Of a stretch of 48,130 nucleotides of DNA, positions 30,426 to 37,134 are shown in pieces. Source of the stretch: Chthoniobacteraceae bacterium (GTDB lineage Bacteria; Verrucomicrobiota; Verrucomicrobiia; Chthoniobacterales; Chthoniobacteraceae). The notes below the pieces were generated by a model. The model worked only from the letters and a program-made list of their open reading frames with translations, made no database searches and was not told the origin of the DNA. Position 1 is the first letter of the stretch, and each line of letters begins with the position of its first letter. Both the position numbers and the translations under genes were made by a program. The stretch lies in NCBI GenBank assembly GCA_031409335.1, contig JANNWY010000182.1:1-48130 (forward strand). The letters are read 5' to 3'.

Positions 30426-30760
30426 TCGCGAATTTGGCTGAGATCGACATGCCACTCGTCTTCCGCGTTTACGGCGACGGAGCGTGGGCGAAATCACCGT
30501 TCTCTGTCTCGCCTGACCGTACCGCGTTTTGATAGGAGGAAACGTGTCGCCAACCGCGCCTGCCACCGTGCAGCGCGGGGCGACGGTCCTCTGTGAGCAC
30601 GACACCGAAACCGAAAAAGCCCGGAACTGCCCGCAAGAAAGCGCCGCCCCGTGCGGACGCCGACAGGGTTCCCGAGAAAGGCTTGTTTTCCAGAGGGCGA
30701 AATGGCGGAAGCCGAAGTGCGCGCTTGCGTTTGGCAAGACAACGCGGTGCCATTCGCGCC

Positions 30761-33700
30761 ATGCCCGAGCCTGCGGAGACCTTTCGCTTCGATGTCGCCT
30801 TCTCCTTCGCTGGCCCGCATCGCGAGAAGGTGCGGACTATCGCCGAACTGGTCGCTGCGAAGCTTGGTCGTGAGCGGGTGTTCTATGACGAGTGGTACGA
30901 ACACGAAATCCTCGGCGACGAAACGGGCGCGCTGCTGCAACGCTTCTATCACGAGCGAAGTCTCATGGTCGTCGCGGACCTCTCGGACGAATACGCTGGG
31001 CGTCCATGGTGCCGGGCTGAAGCAAGCGCGATCCGGGCGCTTCGTTTTGATTTGGATCCCGCGCGCGATGAGACCGGCCGCCTTCGTCTGCTCAATGTGA
31101 AATTGGGTGATGGAAGCGTGCCGGGAGTTTTCACGACCACGGCCTATCTCGAGGGCATCGCCAAGACCGCCGAGCAATGCGCCGAACTCATCCTCAAGCG
31201 CCACGCCCTGCTTGTGCAGCGCATGAGCGCGCCAGCGCTTCTCGCAAGCGAATCTCAAGCACCTGCGCCTCATGCAGCGCGCGGAATGGACATTGGGAAG
31301 GCTCCCGCCAACACGACATTGCCCCTCGAATGGCTTCGCCGCACCGGCGTTTATGTTGCCCACTTTACCGCCTATTTCATCGGGGGCGCTGCGCTCGGGG
31401 AGGTGGTTAAAAAAATCTTTCTATCTGGCGGCGGCGACACTATGCCCGGCCCCGCCATCTGGTTTGCTGCCGCCGCGCTCGCCCTTTCGCTCTTCTTCCT
31501 CCTCGCCTTCAACATCATCCCCCCCATCCTTCATGCACGCGAGAAGCGGCTCAAGCCCGTTCCCGACGACCGCATCGACCGGGAATACTTCACCACTAAG
31601 CCGCGCGAACATGACCCGCACGGCTTCTTCGCCCACGGCTACGATGCCTTCCTGGAGTGGGCCGCGGTCCCGGTGGCTTCCATCCTGCACCTCACCGGGC
31701 TCTCCGGTTCCGGCAAATCGTCCCTCCTCAGCGCCTTCCTCGCCCCGCGACTCGCGGAGGCGAAGCCGCGCACGCATCTCGTCATCCTGCGCTCCTATAC
31801 CGACCCGCTCGTGGCCATGAAAGAGGCGCTCGTGCAGTTCTGGAAGAAGAAGCCCGACGACTACGACTCGCTGCCTCCGCTCGAAGCGCTCCGCCGTGCC
31901 GCCGCCAGGCTCCCCGCCGGGGAAAGACTGCTCGTTGCGTTCGACCAGTTTGAGGAGTTCTTCATCCTGCGCGCCACCGCCACCGAGGGCACCGCAGGCG
32001 GCGCGCCGCTCATCGTCCCCATTGCGGACCTGGCACCACTGCGCGAGTTTTTCAACGACTTCCGCGCAGAACCTCCGCATAACGCGACTCTGCTTCTTTC
32101 GTACCGAGAGGACCACCGCGGTCTCATGGAGCCGCTAGGGCTGCCGACGCGGCGCGAAGGCGAAGACTGGCGCTCCGTCGAGCCGCTGGGTTTCGCCGAG
32201 GCGGCAGACTTCCTCGGCAAATGTCCCGGTCTCCCCATTCCGGAGGAGCGGATGAGCAGTGTCCTACGTGAGGCCGCCCGGCAAGAAGGGGGCCACGTCG
32301 TCATGCGACCCATCGTGGCCAACATCCTCGGCATCGTCCTCGCCCGCATGGCCGGCCATCCCACGCTCTGGCGCCGGTCGGGCGACCTACTGCGCAGCTA
32401 CGTGCGCGACTGCCTCGCGGGTCCATTGGAAAAGGAGCGCGCCGCCGCCTTGCGCGAGCTGCTCACCGATTTCCACACCGCCCGGCCTCGCGCCGTTGAA
32501 GAGATCGCCGGCAAGACCGGCCTCGCCCCCTCGACGCTTAACGATCAGTTCGGCCATCTCGAGCTCGCCGGCCTCGTCCGCTGCCTGAATGACGAGGAAG
32601 GCACCCCCGCCCGCCGCGTCTGGCAGATAGCGCACGACTTCATCGCCACCCTCACCGAGCGCGTCCTCGATGCCATGCACCGCACCCTCTGGCACGCCGT
32701 CAAGCCGTGGCTCGGTCCGGCCTCTTTTGCGCTTTGGTTGCTCGTCGGTCTCGGCGCTTGGCCTTGGGTGGAAAAGCATCGTGCCATCGCCGAACTTGCC
32801 AATGTGGGGCTGAGTTGGAACGAAAAGGAGCATGAAGTCTCTGTCAGCGATTGGGGACAGGAGCATCTTCGATCTCTTGATGGAACTCAGCGAGCGCTTC
32901 GGCACCTTCGCCCCAGGACGCTCACTCTCATTGGCTGCCGCGCCTTGCACGATGTACATGGCCTCAGCGGACTAACTTCCTTAGAACGGCTCGACTTTAG
33001 CTTCTGCGACGCCTTGCAGAACGTCGATGGCCTTGCAGGGTTGAGTTCTCTTCTGGCGCTCAACCTTAGCCAATGCTCGAAATTGGAGAGTGTGGATGGT
33101 CTCACGGGGTTGAATTCCCTTTTGGCGCTCGACCTTAGCAACTGCTCGGCATTAAAGAGTGTGGATTTCCTGAACGAGCTGACCTCCCTACGGTTGCTTA
33201 AACTCATCCGCTGTTCAGCCTTGGAAAATGTGGATGTCCTCAAGACGCTGACATCCCTTCAGTTGCTCTACCTCAGCCGGTGCTCGGCCTTGAAAAGTGT
33301 AGATATATTCAAGAGGATGACTTTGCTCCAGACGTTAGATCTCACAGATTGCGACGCCTTGCAGAATGTGAATGGCCTCGAGAATCTGATTTCTCTCCAG
33401 GTGCTCGACCTCAGCGAATGCGACACCCTACAGAATGTGGATGATCTCAAGAGATTGACTTCGCTCAAAGCGCTCAACCTCAAAGGCTGTGACGCCTTGG
33501 GGAACGTGAATGGGATCGAGAATCTGACTTCCCTCCAAGTGCTCGACCTCAGCAACTGTGGCGCCTTACAGAATATCGCTGGCCTTGAGAAGCTATCTTC
33601 TCTCCGGTCCCTTGATCTCAGTTCCTGCCGCAAATTAAAGAATGTCGATGACCTCCAGGGCCTCACTTCGCTAGGTTTGCTCAAACTCGAAGACTGCACT

Positions 33701-34111
33701 GTTCTTCGAAATGTCGATATGCTTAGGGGACTGACTTCCCTGCGAGGGCTTGATCTTAGCGGCTGCAACGCCTTACTGGATGTGCATGGTCTTCAGGGCC
33801 TGACTTCCCTCCGGGCGCTTGATCTGCACAACTGTGGTGCATTGCAGGATATCAATGGCCTCAAGGGACTGGAGAAGTTAGAATGGCTTTCTCTTTTCGG
33901 TGACCAGAGGATTCCCTTGGAGTCGTCCACCATGCTCGGCAAGAGCTTGCCTAAATGCCGGATCATTATCCGCTCCGAGGATGCATCAAATAGCCCTATC
34001 CACCTAATGTATATCAAAGAAATCGCGGAGCCGTTCTTTCCACCACAGCAATTCCTGCGCGATTTTGCCTATGCAATGCGGCGCTCTCTTGGCAAGAGCA
34101 AGTCCAACTGA
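30761..34111 (+). CDS. TIR-2TM-STAND NTPase (nSTAND1-like)-TM-LRR protein (alternative GTG start 30593)
   Basis: TIR FDVAFSFAG..R, VFYDEW, WCRAE; Walker A GLSGSGKS; Walker B LLVAFDQFEEFF; IAHD; TM; ~15 LRRs. Confidence 0.88.
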   Translation: MPEPAETFRFDVAFSFAGPHREKVRTIAELVAAKLGRERVFYDEWYEHEILGDETGALLQRFYHERSLMVVADLSDEYAGRPWCRAEASAIRALRFDLDPARDETGRLRLLNVKLGDGSVPGVFTTTAYLEGIAKTAEQCAELILKRHALLVQRMSAPALLASESQAPAPHAARGMDIGKAPANTTLPLEWLRRTGVYVAHFTAYFIGGAALGEVVKKIFLSGGGDTMPGPAIWFAAAALALSLFFLLAFNIIPPILHAREKRLKPVPDDRIDREYFTTKPREHDPHGFFAHGYDAFLEWAAVPVASILHLTGLSGSGKSSLLSAFLAPRLAEAKPRTHLVILRSYTDPLVAMKEALVQFWKKKPDDYDSLPPLEALRRAAARLPAGERLLVAFDQFEEFFILRATATEGTAGGAPLIVPIADLAPLREFFNDFRAEPPHNATLLLSYREDHRGLMEPLGLPTRREGEDWRSVEPLGFAEAADFLGKCPGLPIPEERMSSVLREAARQEGGHVVMRPIVANILGIVLARMAGHPTLWRRSGDLLRSYVRDCLAGPLEKERAAALRELLTDFHTARPRAVEEIAGKTGLAPSTLNDQFGHLELAGLVRCLNDEEGTPARRVWQIAHDFIATLTERVLDAMHRTLWHAVKPWLGPASFALWLLVGLGAWPWVEKHRAIAELANVGLSWNEKEHEVSVSDWGQEHLRSLDGTQRALRHLRPRTLTLIGCRALHDVHGLSGLTSLERLDFSFCDALQNVDGLAGLSSLLALNLSQCSKLESVDGLTGLNSLLALDLSNCSALKSVDFLNELTSLRLLKLIRCSALENVDVLKTLTSLQLLYLSRCSALKSVDIFKRMTLLQTLDLTDCDALQNVNGLENLISLQVLDLSECDTLQNVDDLKRLTSLKALNLKGCDALGNVNGIENLTSLQVLDLSNCGALQNIAGLEKLSSLRSLDLSSCRKLKNVDDLQGLTSLGLLKLEDCTVLRNVDMLRGLTSLRGLDLSGCNALLDVHGLQGLTSLRALDLHNCGALQDINGLKGLEKLEWLSLFGDQRIPLESSTMLGKSLPKCRIIIRSEDASNSPIHLMYIKEIAEPFFPPQQFLRDFAYAMRRSLGKSKSN
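32915..33905 (+). repeat. Coding tandem array of 23-aa leucine-rich repeats (69-bp period)
   Basis: 14 Cys-containing units of consensus L.gLtSL..LdLs.C.aL.nvdg plus a final unit without Cys. Confidence 0.9.
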
Positions 34112-34140
34112 AAGTTTTAACTGTAACTAGAGGCAACGCC

Positions 34141-34637
34141 GTGCTGTGGCAGGATACCCTGAAAATCGAGCCGACCCTCAGCGGGAAGATGCTCACTGCG
34201 GCGAGCGACCTTCCGCCGGAGAGCGTCTGGGGCATCAGCATCAAGGCCGTGGGCGGGTTCCTGACCGGCTTCAAGGCCAATGCTACGGGCGAACGCGTGG
34301 CTGGCGACGACAAAGCGCCCGACATCATCGAGGCGGCGGCGCTCAACGCGAACCTGCTGGCGCTGCGTCCGCGCGACATCGTGGTGCTGCGCGGCTACCG
34401 GCTCGCTTTCGATCCCAGCAAGCCGGATGAAGGGGTGTATCTCGATCCCGTGTCGGGTGGCGCGCGGTGCGCGTGGCCGTGGCCAATCTCCGCAAGAAAG
34501 GGGAGAAGGAGACGGAGTTCCAATGGCCCGAAGGGCTGCCGGCCAATACCCAGTATCGGGTGCGTCTCGAATGCCGTCGGCGCGGCGGCGGCATCCTGCG
34601 CCGCGACCGCTGGGATACGCCGGTGAAGACGCCGTAA
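34141..34637 (+). pseudogene. 5'-truncated, frameshifted HU-like/DUF4469 (Ig-fold) DNA-binding protein remnant
   Basis: LRGYRLAFDPSKPDEGVYL; after a -1 shift near 34463 continues AVRVAV...FQWPEGLPANTQYRVRLECRRRGGGILRRDRWDTPVKTP*. Confidence 0.55.
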
Positions 34638-34752
34638 GGGGGTGCGGTCGGCGACCGCAGGGGTTTGTGGTAAGGGACCGCCGCGGTTTGCGGTCATGCG
34701 CCACAAGGGGCTGCGGTAAGGCACAGCGAGGGATTGCGGTCGCTGGGAGCGA
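34638..34752. repeat. Five degenerate 23-bp tandem units with core TGCGGT-N5-ACCGCA
   Basis: TG(C/T)GGT at 34643, 34666, 34689, 34712 and 34735: exact 23-bp spacing. Confidence 0.8.
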
Positions 34753-34757
34753 TTGCT

Positions 34758-37130
34758 ATGGCTTTACCAATGCCAACGAAAAAGCCAATGCGGGAGGAAG
34801 AGGCGCTACGCAGGATTCAAGAGGTGCGTAGCAAGCCAGAGGCGATGCTTGACCTTGTTGGGCTTGGTTTGAATGTGCTGCCAAAGTCTATCGGCCAGTT
34901 GGCGCGACTGCGATGGCTTTACCTCGATGACAATCAACTGCACACGCTGCCGGACTTTATCGGCCAGTTGACGCAACTGCAAGCGCTCGGTCTCAGCGAC
35001 AATCAATTAAGTGCACTGCCGGAGTGGATGCGCCGTCTCACACAGCTCAAGATGCTCTACTTGCACGGCAACGATGCGCTCGGCATCCCACCGGAAATCC
35101 TCGGGCCAACTTGGCAGGAGGTTGGAGGCGACCGAACGACACCCGCCCGCCCGCAGGACATCATCGATTACTACTTCAAGACCCGCGAGGCGGCGCGTCC
35201 GCTCAATGAAGTGAAGCTCCTGCTCGTGGGACGCGGCGGGGCGGGCAAAAGCTCGATCCGCGACCGGCTGGTTCACGATAGCTTCGTTCCCGGCAAGAAG
35301 GAGACGCCGGGGATCGACATCGCGCATTGGCCGCTCGACTGCGGCGGCGAGCGCGTCCACGTCCACCTCTGGGATTTCGCCGGGCAGGAGATCACCCATG
35401 CCACCCACCAGTTCTTCCTTACCGAGCGCAGCGTCTATGTGCTGGTGCTCGATGCGCGCGCCGATACGCAGGAGGCCGACGCCGAATACTGGCTGCGGCT
35501 GATCGCGGCCTTTGGCAAGGAGTCGCCGATCCTCGTGCTGCTCAATAAGTTTGATGAGAAGCCCTTTGCCATCGACGAACATCTGCTCAGCGAGCGCCAC
35601 CCGGCGATCCGCACTTTCATCCCGACAGACTGCAAGACGAAGCGCGGCCTTTCGGAACTGCGCACCGTGCTCACCAAGCTGCTGACGGTGTGGGAGCCGG
35701 TCCACGAGCTATTCCCTGCCGCCTGGGCGCGCGCGAAGGAAAATTACAGCGAGCCGAAGCAGCCCTACATCGCCTTCAGCGCCTTTCGCACGAAGTGCGC
35801 CGAGTGTGGCATCGCCGATGAAGCGGAGCAGGAGCGGCTCGCGCGCATCCTGCATGCGCTCGGCATTATCCTGCACTATGGGGACGATCCGCGGCTGCGG
35901 CACAATGCGGTGCTCGATCCGCATTGGGTGACGAATGGCGTCTATAAGCTGCTCCGGCTCAAGGAAGGCCCCGCGAGCGACGGCACGCTGACGGTGGAGG
36001 AAGCGGCGCGCGCTCTGCCGGGGGAGCCGCGCGAGATGGTGGAATACCTCATCGGCCTCATGCGCCGCTTCGAGCTCTGCTTTGCCGTCGATGCCGACGA
36101 ACAGCGCTGGCTGGTGCCGCAATTGCTCAGCCGTTTCCAGCCCGCGCTCGAAGCCGGGTGGCAGACGGCCGAGGCAACGCGGCTGCGATACCGCTACGAT
36201 GTGCTGACCGAGGGGCTGCTGGCGCGCTTCATCGTGCGCACGCATCCGCTGAGCGAAGGGCAGCCGCGCTGGCGTTACGGCGTGGTGCTCGAAATGGAAG
36301 GCGCCCGCGCGCTCGTCCGCGCCGACCGCACACGCAACGAAGTGACCGTCGCCGCGATCGGCGACCCCGAGGCGCGGTTGCGGCTGGTGAAGGTGGTGCG
36401 CGAGCATTTTGCGCACATCAACGCGGAGTTGCCGGGGCTCAACGCGCGGGAACAGCTCGAACCGGAGGGACATCCCGGCGCTTTCAAGGCCGTGAAGGTG
36501 CTCGAAGCGGACGAACGCAAAGGCGGTGAATCGACGATCGAGACCGACGACGGCACGATCGCGATCGACAAGACGCGCGAACTCAACCGCATCTCCGCCC
36601 CGGCGGCGCGCGATCCGGCGCAGCCGCGGGTGAGGCTGTTCGTGAGCTATTCGCACAAGAACGCCCGGTTGTTGGATGTCTTCCGCACCAACCTCGACCT
36701 GCTAAAGGCGGACGGCCTCGCAGACTCGTGGACCGACCGGCTGATTCCGGTGTCTGCCGAGTGGGACGATGAGATTCGCCGCGAGATCGAGGAGGCCGAC
36801 ATCATCGTGCTACTGGTGAGCACGGCTTTCCTCGCTTCCGGCTACATTCGCAGTGTCGAACTATTGCGCGCCATCCAACGCCGCGTCGCCCGCGAGGCGG
36901 AGATCGCCATCGTGCTTCTCGAACCCAATGTGCAGTGGAAAGGCGAGCGCACCATCCACGACAAGGCCACCGGCAAGGATGTGAAGTTCAAACTGGATGC
37001 CTGGCAGGCGACGCTGCCCGATGGCCGCTGCGTGCGCGATTTTTCCACCCAGCAGATCGGCTTCAACGCCGTCGAAGCCGCGCTGCGCAAGCTGATCGCG
37101 AGCGTGCTGGCAAAGCGGCGGTCCGCGTAG
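34758..37130 (+). CDS. Roco protein: LRR-Roc GTPase-COR-TIR (alternative start 34788)
   Basis: EEALRRI and LP..IGQL LRRs; GRGGAGKS, WDFAGQE, NKFD; COR LDPHWVTNGVY; TIR LFVSYSH..EADIIVLLVS..FLAS.YI..VE. Confidence 0.92.
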   Translation: MALPMPTKKPMREEEALRRIQEVRSKPEAMLDLVGLGLNVLPKSIGQLARLRWLYLDDNQLHTLPDFIGQLTQLQALGLSDNQLSALPEWMRRLTQLKMLYLHGNDALGIPPEILGPTWQEVGGDRTTPARPQDIIDYYFKTREAARPLNEVKLLLVGRGGAGKSSIRDRLVHDSFVPGKKETPGIDIAHWPLDCGGERVHVHLWDFAGQEITHATHQFFLTERSVYVLVLDARADTQEADAEYWLRLIAAFGKESPILVLLNKFDEKPFAIDEHLLSERHPAIRTFIPTDCKTKRGLSELRTVLTKLLTVWEPVHELFPAAWARAKENYSEPKQPYIAFSAFRTKCAECGIADEAEQERLARILHALGIILHYGDDPRLRHNAVLDPHWVTNGVYKLLRLKEGPASDGTLTVEEAARALPGEPREMVEYLIGLMRRFELCFAVDADEQRWLVPQLLSRFQPALEAGWQTAEATRLRYRYDVLTEGLLARFIVRTHPLSEGQPRWRYGVVLEMEGARALVRADRTRNEVTVAAIGDPEARLRLVKVVREHFAHINAELPGLNAREQLEPEGHPGAFKAVKVLEADERKGGESTIETDDGTIAIDKTRELNRISAPAARDPAQPRVRLFVSYSHKNARLLDVFRTNLDLLKADGLADSWTDRLIPVSAEWDDEIRREIEEADIIVLLVSTAFLASGYIRSVELLRAIQRRVAREAEIAIVLLEPNVQWKGERTIHDKATGKDVKFKLDAWQATLPDGRCVRDFSTQQIGFNAVEAALRKLIASVLAKRRSA

Positions 37131-37134
37131 CCGC

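Noticed and set aside
30425..30535. Plus-strand open frame LANLAEIDMPLVFRVYGDGAWAKSP...* at the left junction as a truncated cargo gene
   Set aside because: Only 35 codons with no recognisable motif; could be chance
34638..34752. 23-bp array as a mini-CRISPR
   Set aside because: Units are contiguous and degenerate with no spacer-length unique sequence; no cas genes in the window
30426..37134. Integrase or transposase inside the islet
   Set aside because: No tyrosine, serine or DDE recombinase motifs recognised in any listed frame
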